Under the pieces are notes generated by a model. The model made no database searches and had not been told where the DNA came from. It saw only the letters and a list, made by a program, of their open reading frames with translations. From positions 124,066 through 188,065 of the forward strand of contig CATQHX010000003.1 of the NCBI GenBank assembly GCA_958296065.1: a stretch of DNA of 64,000 nucleotides, given 5' to 3'. How positions within the stretch are numbered: the first letter of the stretch is position 1; every line of letters begins with the position of its first letter. This document shows positions 7,709 to 16,989 of the stretch, one piece after another. This stretch comes from Vicinamibacterales bacterium. GTDB lineage: Bacteria; Acidobacteriota; Vicinamibacteria; Vicinamibacterales; UBA8438. A program made the translations under genes and the position numbers.

Positions 7709-7922
7709 ATGGCCACGCGCAACCGTCCGAAGAACTCGCTTCTGCGGCAGCTGATCAGGCTCGCCCAGGGTAGAGGAGCTAACCGGGCTGAGCAGGTCCA
7801 CGATCTACAAGCGGAAGGCGTTGGGCCAGTTCCCCCAGCCCGTCAAGATCGGGCCTCACGCGGTCAGGTGGCATCTGGATGAAGTGCTCGACTACATCGA
7901 CTCGCGCCCCCGGAGCCGCTAG
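7709..7922 (+). pseudogene. alpA: AlpA-family phage/island transcriptional regulator, frameshifted
   Basis: MATRNRPKNSLLRQLIRLAQ, then a shift at the G-run 7768..7770, then VEELTGLSRSTIYKRKALGQFPQPVKIGPHAVRWHLDEVLDYIDSRPRSR*. Together this gives the canonical AlpA HTH. Confidence 0.7.
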
Positions 7923-8627
7923 TAGCCGGAACCTCAGACTGAAGCAGGCCGGCCGGCTGCACTTGCAGAGGCTCGTGTACGACGGCTCCGGTCGAGCGCG
8001 CCGGAGCAGGAGCCCCGGCGCCGGCAGTGTCTCACTGGACTCACGGCGGGGGCCTGCTCGCCGCGGCGCAAGTCGCATCGCCGCCGGCTCCTGTCGCTCA
8101 GACGGCGGCGGTGCGCGAAAGGGTCGACGCCGTGTAGCGGCGTCCATCCCGTGGCTGAGGCGACGCGCCGCCTCGACCGCCGCTCGTCGTGCTCCACGAA
8201 CACTTCGCGTCGCCGGGCTCGTTGGATTCACCGTCACGCTCGCGCTCGTGGTACAGGCACTCGTCGCCCTCCATGCCCTGCTCGGCGTGGAGGCCGGCAC
8301 GCTCCGCCAGCACGCGGGCCAACTGCGCCTTACCCCTGGGCGACAATCGCCGACGACGACTGAAGCTGCGACATCGAGTACGGGGTCGGCTCGAGACCCA
8401 TGACGCCGACACCGGCCTCCGATCGGATCCCAACGCCCGTTCGGCCGACGAGCGTCGGTCGGTCCGTCAGGACGGCGCCAGGAACGCCAGACCAGGACCC
8501 GCGCCTGATCCGGATCGTTGCCGGCCGGAGCGATCCGCAAAGCGGCCATCGCCGGAAACGCGCAAGGGCTGAACTTCGACGCACCAGGGCCTCGGCGTTA
8601 CGGTCGCCTCCGGCAGGCCGGCTTCCT

Positions 8628-9765
8628 CTACCGGGTCACAAACTCTGCCCACCCATCCATGAGGCCGCGCCGCTTCTCGAACAGGTCCGAGCGGGCATAG
8701 GACCGCTCTACGGCGCTGCCGACCTGATGCGCCAGCGCCGCCTCGGCTACCGCATGCGGCACGCTGGTCTGCTCGCTTGCCCAGTCGCGGAACGACGAGC
8801 GGAAGCCGTGCACCGTGCAGCGGCCACCATAGAGCGTCCGCACCACCTGCGCCAGCGTCGACGCGTGCATCTGCCTGCCGGCCCGCGCCGGCGCCGGGAA
8901 GCACCAGCCGGCCGGACTGTGCAGCCCACGGGCGCGCTCCAGCGTGTCCATCGCTGCAGCCGACAACGGCACTCTATGCTCGATGCCGACCTTCATGCGC
9001 TCCTCCGGTATGCGCCACTCCGCCCCGGGCACGTCGATCTCGCTCCACATCGCGCCGCGTGCCTCACCCGACCGAACCGCCGTCAGGACGATGAAACGAA
9101 GACACAGCTTCACCGCCTCGCTCGCCGTGCACCCCGCGATGGTCTCCAACGCCGCCCCCACCTCGGAGTAGGGCAGCGCCGGGTGGTGCTTCTTCGTCTT
9201 GCGAGCCGAGGGCAGCGCCGCACCGATGCCGTCGGCGACGTTGAACTCGATGTGCTCGCGCGCCAACCCCCCACGCCAGCGCCCCGCGGATCCACCCGTG
9301 CAGCTTCGAGCCCGTGGCCCGCTTCTCCGCCATCACCGGCGACAGGATGGCGATCACGTCGGCACGACGGATCTGGTCGATGCCCCGGTCCATGATCGAG
9401 CCGCAGTACCGCTCCAGAGCCCGCCGCCGATTCTCCGCCCCCATGCCCTTCCACGTGGCGCCGGCCTCCACCCGTTCGCACGCGGTGCGGAACGTCGGGG
9501 CCCTCGACTGCCGCAGGACCGCCGTCGGGTCCCCGCCGCGGCGCGCCAGCTGACGGTTGGCGAACGCGGCGGCGCGCGCTTCGGCGAGCCCGACGTACGG
9601 GTAGCCGCCCAGACCGAGGTCGCGGCGCTTGCCGTGGACGGTCAACCGCTGCACCCAGTGGCGACTCCGGCCGCCGGGCTCGACGACGAGAAAGAGCGTG
9701 CCGCCGTCGCCGTGCCGTCCCGGTCGCAACGCTCCGATCTGCTTGGCTCTGAGTCGTCCACCCAT
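8628..9765 (-). pseudogene. int: P4-type tyrosine integrase, split by a frameshift in a G6/C6 homopolymer (9267..9272)
   Basis: N-terminal arm domain MGGRLRAKQIGALRPGRHGDGGTLFLVVEPGGRSRHWVQRLTVHGKRRDLGLGGYPYVGLAEARAAA in frame 1. Catalytic part ..RSGEARGAMWSEID..HRVPLS..VHGFRSSFRDWASE..AHQVGSAVERSYARSD in frame 2. Confidence 0.8.
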
Positions 9766-9905
9766 CCGGATCTCCCCACCCTCAGGATACCACGTATATA
9801 CCACGTTATGACTCGGAACCGGGGCCACGGGGACGGAAGCCCGCGGAAGACAGATCCGATGACTAGCCCAATAATACTGGGATGTTGCGGCGTTTTACGG
9901 AGTGG

Positions 9906-9927
9906 CTCGGAGTTCTGCGGACACTAG
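9906..9927. repeat. Solo right-end remnant of the same IS family as 14669..16463
   Basis: CTCGGAGTTCTGCGGACACTAG versus GGGGTTTTCTGGCGGACACTAG at 16442..16463. It abuts the truncated adaptor gene. Confidence 0.55.
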
Positions 9928-10125
9928 TCTCGTTCTGGCAGGCAGAGCGTGGTCAGCCTGTTCAAGGTGGAGGAGGACGGTACGCACGCATCACGCGCGC
10001 GCGTGAGTCTGGGCCGGGCCTCGGTCAACACGATCGAGGTGCTCGAGGGTCTGCAGCCGGGCGACCAGGTGGTTCTGTCCGACATGTCGACCTGGGATCA
10101 GTTCGACCGGGTGCGCATCGAATAG
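9928..10125 (+). pseudogene. C-terminal 65 codons of an efflux periplasmic adaptor (HlyD/MacA family); 5' part missing
   Basis: ..SVVSLFKVEEDGTHASRARVSLGRASVNTIEVLEGLQPGDQVVLSDMSTWDQFDRVRIE*. The in-frame stop at 9925-9927 lies inside the IS-end remnant. Confidence 0.65.
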
Positions 10126-10188
10126 GGCCGCTCTGCCGCGTCGGGCAAAGGGGCGAGGTCACCTGTGAACGGAGGGAGGGAGGTCGAG

Positions 10189-10893
<705 letters not shown>

Positions 10894-10946
10894 GGACACC
10901 CAGGACACCCCACTACCGGGTTGGACTTCCAGACTGGAGGGTGATC

Positions 10947-12140
10947 GTGTCTACTCATCTTCGTGTCTTCGCATTCGGGCCACTCATGGCCGGTCTGCTG
11001 CTTGCGGCGGCGGCGCGGACGACGCACGCCCAGACCTTCGACGCGGTTGCCGGCGAGAGGGTTGCCGGCATCGGCTGGCAAGCGACTCCGTCCGGCCAGC
11101 CGGCCCGCCGCTTCGACCTCACACTCGACGATGCGGTCCAGCGCGCTCTCGAACGCAACCTCGACATCGCCGTCCAACGCATCGACCCGCTCGTGCAGGA
11201 CATGGTGGTCGCCACCGCCGGCGCGGCGTTCCTGCCGTTCGCCTCGTCCGGCTTCTTCCTCAACCAGGCCACCCTTCCCAACCGCTCGATATTCGACGGC
11301 GGCGGGCTTCGCGGCCAGCCCATCGTCAACGACCGGGGCAGCTACGACCTGGGGATCCACCCCACGGACCAGCCGAGGATGGAGGCGGCGCCGATCGATC
11401 TGCAGGAAGCGATCCGCGGGGCGCTCGACCGCCGCACCGATGTCTCCCGCGCGCGACGCCAGCTCGACGTCAACGAGGCGACCGTGGACAATCTCCGCAA
11501 CAGCACCCTGCCCGCGCTCGACCTGGTCGGCAGCTACCAACTGACCGGTCAGGGCGGTCCCCGGCTGCTTCCCGCGGGGAACAGCTTCGAGGACATCTTC
11601 GGCGGCGCCGGCGGCGTGATCCCGGGGGGCTACCGGGACGCGCTTCACAGCATCGCCAATGCCGACTACCCGATCTGGAGCGTCCAGCTGCGGATGACCT
11701 ACCCGCTCGGTCGAAGTGCGGACCGGACCGCGTACGAACGGGCCCGGCTGGAGCTGCAGCAGAACCGCGCGCAGATTCGCCGCATCGAGCTGCGGATTGC
11801 CAGTGAGGTCACCAACGCCGCGCTGCGCATCGAGTCGATCCGCGAGCGCATCGAGGCCGCGACGGCATCGCGGGAACTGGCGGAAGAACAGCTCCAGGCG
11901 GAGGAGAGCAAGTTCGAGGTCGGGCTGTCGACGAACTTCTTCGTCCTGCAGTCACAGCGCGATCTGGCCACGGCGCAGGATGCCGAGCTGCGCGCGATTC
12001 TCGACTACCAGCGGGCGCGGATCGAGTTCGAGCGGACGCAGCGCGCTTCGCTCGGCGGCGCCGGCATCGCCCTGGTCGGCGGAGCGACGGCCGGCGGCGT
12101 TGGGGGCCCCGCAGGCGCCGCACCGTCGGGCCGTTTCTGA
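10947..12140 (+). CDS. TolC-family outer-membrane efflux protein
   Basis: GGAGG plus GTG start. Signal peptide ..LLLAAAARTTHAQ. LTLDDAVQRALERNLDIAVQR and ..FEVGLSTNFFVLQSQRDLATAQDAELRAILDYQRARIEFER are OEP repeat signatures. The first repeat looks short. Confidence 0.8.
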   Translation: MSTHLRVFAFGPLMAGLLLAAAARTTHAQTFDAVAGERVAGIGWQATPSGQPARRFDLTLDDAVQRALERNLDIAVQRIDPLVQDMVVATAGAAFLPFASSGFFLNQATLPNRSIFDGGGLRGQPIVNDRGSYDLGIHPTDQPRMEAAPIDLQEAIRGALDRRTDVSRARRQLDVNEATVDNLRNSTLPALDLVGSYQLTGQGGPRLLPAGNSFEDIFGGAGGVIPGGYRDALHSIANADYPIWSVQLRMTYPLGRSADRTAYERARLELQQNRAQIRRIELRIASEVTNAALRIESIRERIEAATASRELAEEQLQAEESKFEVGLSTNFFVLQSQRDLATAQDAELRAILDYQRARIEFERTQRASLGGAGIALVGGATAGGVGGPAGAAPSGRF

Positions 12141-12561
12141 CGCCGCAGGGTTGATCGAGCGGGAACAGCCAGACCGTCGGACCTGCCGACGTAGCCGCAC
12201 CCGTCGATCGGTCCACGGATCGCGGCAAGTTGCGGCCGTTTGCGCGCCAGCGCGTGACTGCATCTTTCCTCGGTGCCGTCGAGGGATTCGTCGGTCTGCC
12301 GCCGACCGCGCAGCCCGCCCGGTTGAAGAGGCCGCCGGCAGGTCCTGCTGCCGCGCCCATCGGAACCGAGCCCGCCTCGGGCCCTCCTGCGCCCATCGTT
12401 CCGGAAATCGCCCCCATCGGTGCAACCGCCCCTTGGTGCCAGCATCGTTGCGGCGACGGTCGACCAACGATCAGATCCGGTTCCGCACGCCACTCGTCGG
12501 CGTCGCCCGGCTCGTAGGCGAGCGTGTTCGTACTGCAGACGTGAGGCTGTTGCGTGGACCA

Positions 12562-12644
12562 GACAAGGTCGCCCCATGGAGACAAGGTGACAAGGTCGCC
12601 CCATGGAGTCCAGTTCAATCCGAGCGCCGATTGCATACGAAATT
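12562..12644. repeat. Tandem GACAAGGTCGCCCCATGGAG x2 (12562, 12589) followed by an inverted copy of the 3715..3754 motif (12606..12644)
   Basis: GAGTCCAGTTCAATCCGAGCGCCGATTGCATACGAAATT is the reverse complement of AAATTCCATATGCAATCGGCGCTCGGAGTGAACTGGACTC with about 4 mismatches. Confidence 0.7.
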
Positions 12645-12702
12645 GTGTACGACTCACACGATCGCGGATGCAATCCATCAAGATCTACGGGGGCTTCATG
12701 CA

Positions 12703-13629
12703 ATGCCCGCGGCTTCCGCACCCGACGCCGCGCTTGAAGCCGATGGGGCGCATCTGTCGAGCGTGCCGGTGTCCGGCGCCGCCGGACGCGATGTGCGTTG
12801 GTACGTCTCCCGCGGCCGGCGTGCGCTGGACGGTCTGGAGAACGTCGTCGTCTACCGGTCGGCGGACGATGTGTCCGGCTCGGCGGACGTGGTGCTCCAT
12901 GCGCGCTGTCTCGGGGACCGCAGCGAGGTGGAGCTGGACATGGGCGTGGCGCTGGGCGACGACGTCGTCACCGACGGGGACCTGCGTACCAAGCGCGTGC
13001 TGGTGCGCTTCGTGCCTCGGGACATGCGCTCGCTCGTCTTCGAGGTGAGGGCGGCGGGCCGTTCGGTGGTTGTGGACCGGCCGCTGGCGTTTCTGCGCGA
13101 CTTCGTCGCGGCCGATTCGGTCGCGGTCCAGACGGTGTCGGGGCGCGGCACGGCGGTGTTCGCCGAGTTCGTGGTCTCGGCGCTCGCCTACGAGCGGCTG
13201 TCCGTGGTGTCGAACGCTTGCGGGTGGATTCTCGATCCGGTCGAGGCGGTGCGCGTCGAGCGCGAGCGGCAGGAGGCGCTGCTCGATGCCGAGCGCACCG
13301 AGGTGCTGGCCACCTACGTCGGTGTCCCGATCCGGGACGGCATCGAGCGCTTCGGGATCGAGTACGACGAGATCTTCCTCGACCTGCCGGCGCCGGTGGG
13401 CCGGGCGTACCTGGGCCTCGGCGTGAGCATCAGCGCCGTGGAGATCGCGCTGGCGCAGGGCCTGGGCATCGTGTGTGTCGACGGGATGTGGGTGGGCAGC
13501 GAGATCGTCCTACGGGATTGCTACGTCGAGGGCACGCTCGATGCCGCTGTGGACCTCAAGCCTGAAGAGCCGGCGGGTCATTGTCTACTTCTGCCTCTGT
13601 TAAGGAACAACAGACCACGTGACGGATGA
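12703..13629 (+). CDS. Hypothetical protein (308 aa)
   Basis: This is the 3' part of long ORF 11716..13629, taken from the first ATG after the repeat block. Codon usage looks coding. No motif recognised. Confidence 0.45.
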   Translation: MPAASAPDAALEADGAHLSSVPVSGAAGRDVRWYVSRGRRALDGLENVVVYRSADDVSGSADVVLHARCLGDRSEVELDMGVALGDDVVTDGDLRTKRVLVRFVPRDMRSLVFEVRAAGRSVVVDRPLAFLRDFVAADSVAVQTVSGRGTAVFAEFVVSALAYERLSVVSNACGWILDPVEAVRVERERQEALLDAERTEVLATYVGVPIRDGIERFGIEYDEIFLDLPAPVGRAYLGLGVSISAVEIALAQGLGIVCVDGMWVGSEIVLRDCYVEGTLDAAVDLKPEEPAGHCLLLPLLRNNRPRDG

Positions 13630-14025
13630 CGGGCTGCCGAGTATCACCCCTTCGGGCAGGCGGTCTTCGAGGATCCGGACCGTCCAAGTTCCGACGGTGT
13701 CCGCGGAATAGCCGCTGGAGAATAGGCGGACGGTCTGTCCGATTGGAAAATCGACGGTGGTCTCGTAGCTGTTGCTGTAGGTGGCTGGCGGGGTCACGTC
13801 GTCGGTGATCTCCACGACGTAAGCGAGCGGCGTGGAGAGGCGGTAGGTTATATATCCGAACTCCCCTGCCTTGACCGTCAGGGGCTCGAATTCAAGGGAT
13901 ACCGCGGCCTCAGGCGGCTCCGGTTCGGGCTCAGGCGGCGAGGGCTCCGCGGGAGTGTCATCACAACCGAGCGTGAGCAACACAGGCAGCAAGAGCGCCG
14001 CCGATAGAGCAGTCGTCCGCTTCAT
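13600..14025 (-). CDS. Lipoprotein (141 aa)
   Basis: MKRTTALSAALLLPVLLTLGC lipobox followed by a Pro/Glu-rich linker. Confidence 0.7.
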   Translation of the reverse strand: MKRTTALSAALLLPVLLTLGCDDTPAEPSPPEPEPEPPEAAVSLEFEPLTVKAGEFGYITYRLSTPLAYVVEITDDVTPPATYSNSYETTVDFPIGQTVRLFSSGYSADTVGTWTVRILEDRLPEGVILGSPSSVTWSVVP

Positions 14026-14034
14026 GGTGTCTCT

Positions 14035-14403
14035 TCAATCCCCACACGCTGGTGGGGGAGTGAAGTTAGCCCCTGGCCTGCGTGGGGTGGCATACAAGTG
14101 CTCAACCAAGGCAGCCGCACATGCCATCATCCTCTGCTCGGTCCCCTTGAGGACCTCCTGCGAGGCACCTCGGACGGCACCTTGCGCGGCTTCCGTGATT
14201 ATCCTCTGAGTCTCGCCATCTTGCAGGGTTTCCTCTAGTGCCCCACGGATGGCCTCCTGCAACTCGTCGGCAGTAGGTACTGCTACTATGATGGGCGCTT
14301 CAGGATTTCGTGTGGGTGCCAGCGTGGTCGGAGACGTCGGAACGCTCACCCATCTCCCTGGGACAGGCAGCTCCACCGTCGTGCATCCGTCTGGCTCGAG
14401 CAA
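14035..14403 (-). CDS. Hypothetical protein (122 aa)
   Basis: ORF directly upstream of the lipoprotein gene on the same strand. Helical ADELQEAIRGALEETLQDGETQRIITEAAQGAVRGASQEVLKG segment. Confidence 0.4.
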   Translation of the reverse strand: MLEPDGCTTVELPVPGRWVSVPTSPTTLAPTRNPEAPIIVAVPTADELQEAIRGALEETLQDGETQRIITEAAQGAVRGASQEVLKGTEQRMMACAAALVEHLYATPRRPGANFTPPPACGD

Positions 14404-14668
14404 TACCGACGGGCACTTCGCGCAGCGTCCTCATGGCGATCCGGCCAGTGTTTTCAGTGGCCGGACGAAGCCGTCCGGCCATAACCAGCTCTGAGCCGGC
14501 GCGAGCGGCGAGTCACCTGAAAGGCCGAAGCGATAGCGGAGGAGGCGCGAAGGCGACTTGACTCGACGGGAGCAGAGGCTACCCCAAAGCCTGACCTACC
14601 CACACGATTCCCGGAAGACCCCTATGATGGTGCCGCCGACACCAATGCCCACAAGCACCGTGATGGTC

Positions 14669-16463
14669 CTAGTTAGTGCCAGCCAGAAAACCCCCGTTTC
14701 GAGCGGAATTCTGAGACGAGTTCATTGATCGTGGACATGTTTTCGGGGGGCGAATCCGATCGCGAGGGAGGCAGTCCGGCGAGCTGCGGGCAGCGAAGAG
14801 CAGAAGATCAGCCCGGATGCCCTATTCCAAGGACACTAACACCGTGCCGTCTTGCGACGGCTCGCGACCCGGTGGTCTTGCAAGAACCGGCTGAGTCAGG
14901 CGACGCGTTGTCGTCGTTTGCGCTCCTGCTTCTGCAGAAGCAACCCGATGCGATGCAGGTTGGCCGCCAGCACCGACAAGGCAACCGTGCGCACAAACCC
15001 ATCCGCGCCATGGCTTCGAACACGGTCGAGTCCGCGATGCTCCAATCCATTGATGGCAGACTCGACCGCCGGGTGCGCACGCCGCGCCGCCACAAAAGAT
15101 TCTTCGGCTTCCCGCTCCTGGTTGGCCTTCGAAAGATATCCTTTGCCCGGCAACGCGTTGACATCAAGCAGCCCATCGAGCCGGACCCGGTTGGCAGGAC
15201 TGTGAAAGCCCCGGTCGAAACTGCACGCCCGCAACTCCGGATACAGTGCCTGCGCTTCCTGCACCATCGGCACCGCCACGTCCACGTCCTCGCCCTCCCA
15301 TAGAATCTTGTGGTGAAGGATGAATTGATACTGATCCTCGATAAGAGCGACAGGAACTCCGAGTTCAACCGGCGTGCCCGCCTTGCCTTTCGAAATCCAC
15401 CGCGTGTGCTCCTCGAAGATCGAAAAGACCTTCTCCTCGTGAGGAATCGTCTCGTCACGCAGAAGCCGCCGCTCCACCTGGTCAATCTGGCGCCGGCCGT
15501 GAGCGACAAAGCCGGCGATGGAGCGACAGGTGAATTCGGCCGCGCCCTGCTTCCGCAACGCGTCCAGCGTCGAATCTGCCCGCTCCACCAGCGCCCGGCA
15601 GCGCTCCACATACGCCTCCACCCGCTCCGGATGCCGCTTCGCCCGCCGTGTCGAGCGCACCTTGTTGAACAGCTTCCTGACCTCTCGGGTCAGATGGCGC
15701 CACTGACGCCAACCATGCATCCCGTATTTTTCAGCCGCCCGCCCAGTCTCCCGCACCAGACAACGCACGGCGTCCCACAACAGGTTGACGTCCGTCGGAT
15801 AATGCGCGTCGGTTTCGACCACGAACGAATCACACCGCCCGCGCAATGGCTCGCCAGGCTTTTTTTTAGCGACCTTGTGACCGCTCTCCACCACCAGGCG
15901 CCCCACCGCTGACAACAACTCCGGCGTCAACAACGACACGTTGTCCACCACGGTCTGGTACTCGTAGTGCGTCTTGTCGCCGAAGTCACTGTGGCCCAGG
16001 AACGCGCGTATCGTATCGTGATGGTTCGTCAATTCATGAAGACGGTCGAAGTCGCAGCCCAGCCCCTGCTTCAAGACTCCCAGCACCAGGACCTGCCACA
16101 GGTCCATTCCCGGCCGCCCAACCGTGCGGTCCGCCTCCGGCAGAATATGCTCGTCCAGCAGCGCATACAACTGCTCGCGCGACACCTCGTCACACCAGAT
16201 GTGTTGAAGCCCCTTCAACACCGCGGGAATATCGTCCCGCGACTTCGGGTTGATCCAGACCTTGTCGATGGCTACCTCACCGAGCTGGAGCTGCGACCTG
16301 TGAACTTCTCTCATGATGTCAATGCCGCGAAGATGTGCCCGAAGTGGACCGATTCTCGGAAAACTACTCCCAAGAATACGACATCCCGACGATCTCCGCC
16401 ACTTGAAATCCGACAGAGATCCCGTAGAATCAATCACTTACGGGGTTTTCTGGCGGACACTAG
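14669..16463 (-). mobile_element. Intact insertion sequence, IS4/IS5 superfamily (about 1.79 kb including flanking CTAG)
   Basis: Imperfect terminal IRs TAGTGCCAGCCAGAAAACCCC (14674..) and GGGGTTTTCTGGCGGACACTA (..16462). CTAG is present at both junctions. Single transposase ORF. Confidence 0.8.
14896..16314 (-). CDS. DDE transposase (IS4/IS5 superfamily; ISNCY/IS1182-like by recollection)
   Basis: ORF 14896..16437; the likely start is MREVHRSQ at 16314. ..SFVVETDAHYPTD.., ..CSFDRGFHS.., C-terminal RRAHPAVESAINGLEHRGLDRVRSHG..LSVLAANLHRIG (a Y-R-E-K-like motif). Confidence 0.85.
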   Translation of the reverse strand: MREVHRSQLQLGEVAIDKVWINPKSRDDIPAVLKGLQHIWCDEVSREQLYALLDEHILPEADRTVGRPGMDLWQVLVLGVLKQGLGCDFDRLHELTNHHDTIRAFLGHSDFGDKTHYEYQTVVDNVSLLTPELLSAVGRLVVESGHKVAKKKPGEPLRGRCDSFVVETDAHYPTDVNLLWDAVRCLVRETGRAAEKYGMHGWRQWRHLTREVRKLFNKVRSTRRAKRHPERVEAYVERCRALVERADSTLDALRKQGAAEFTCRSIAGFVAHGRRQIDQVERRLLRDETIPHEEKVFSIFEEHTRWISKGKAGTPVELGVPVALIEDQYQFILHHKILWEGEDVDVAVPMVQEAQALYPELRACSFDRGFHSPANRVRLDGLLDVNALPGKGYLSKANQEREAEESFVAARRAHPAVESAINGLEHRGLDRVRSHGADGFVRTVALSVLAANLHRIGLLLQKQERKRRQRVA

Positions 16464-16831
16464 TTATGACGACCTCTGTAAGGTGTCTCAGAGCCCTTCC
16501 TATGAAACTCCCGCTGTCCCCAACTGCCATCAGCCTCCTCCATTTCCTATCTGGGTCAAGCAGTCCACTTTACCCGGGGCTGCAACCACCCGTTAGCAGC
16601 CCGGCGCTGCTGGCAGGACAAGAAGACGGGCGAGAGGGCGCATCCTGTCCTGACCACCGAACCCGACCGCGCGAGGTGCACCGACCTCACACGAACAGAC
16701 CCATCGTCTTCATCTTCTCGGCGAGCACCTCCCGGCGAGTCGAATGCCTCAGGATCCGCGTTTCACCAATGGATTGTGTCACAAGCCTGTGATCGCTGGA
16801 TGTTAGAAGAGGGGTTTCAAGTGGTAAGTGC

Positions 16832-16925
16832 ATGACCAAATGGGTATTTTCCCTGGCCCAGCTCGGGCAGATGTCGGCGATGGTGGCGCACGAGGTCAAG
16901 AACCCGCTCGCGGGCATCTGGCTCG
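16832..16925 (+). pseudogene. Histidine-kinase HisKA H-box fragment (about 30 codons)
   Basis: LAQLGQMSAMVAHEVKNPLAGI. There is no sensor or ATPase domain on either side, and the frame then runs into the helicase gene. Confidence 0.45.
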
Positions 16926-16989
16926 CCACGGGCCGCCTCTCGCCGGCGAAACGGGCCCGGTGGAACCGGCGCGCGGAGGCCGCCGCCGC

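Noticed and set aside
8375-8420. tRNA-like fragment (GGGTC-TCGAGCC-GACCC, 'GLEPT' in translation) that could have been the att remnant for the P4-type integrase.
   Set aside because: The 7-nt loop lacks the TTC(R)A T-loop consensus on either strand. There is no matching acceptor or anticodon arm, and no second copy was found.
7923-8627. Several overlapping 80-256-aa ORFs on both strands between alpA and the integrase.
   Set aside because: No frame shows consistent coding signal or motifs. The region is probably non-coding or eroded island sequence.
12562-12608. Tandem GACAAGGTCGCCCCATGGAG repeats as a possible mini-CRISPR.
   Set aside because: There are only two full units, the 7-bp spacer is itself part of the repeat, and there are no cas genes. 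It is a simple tandem duplication.
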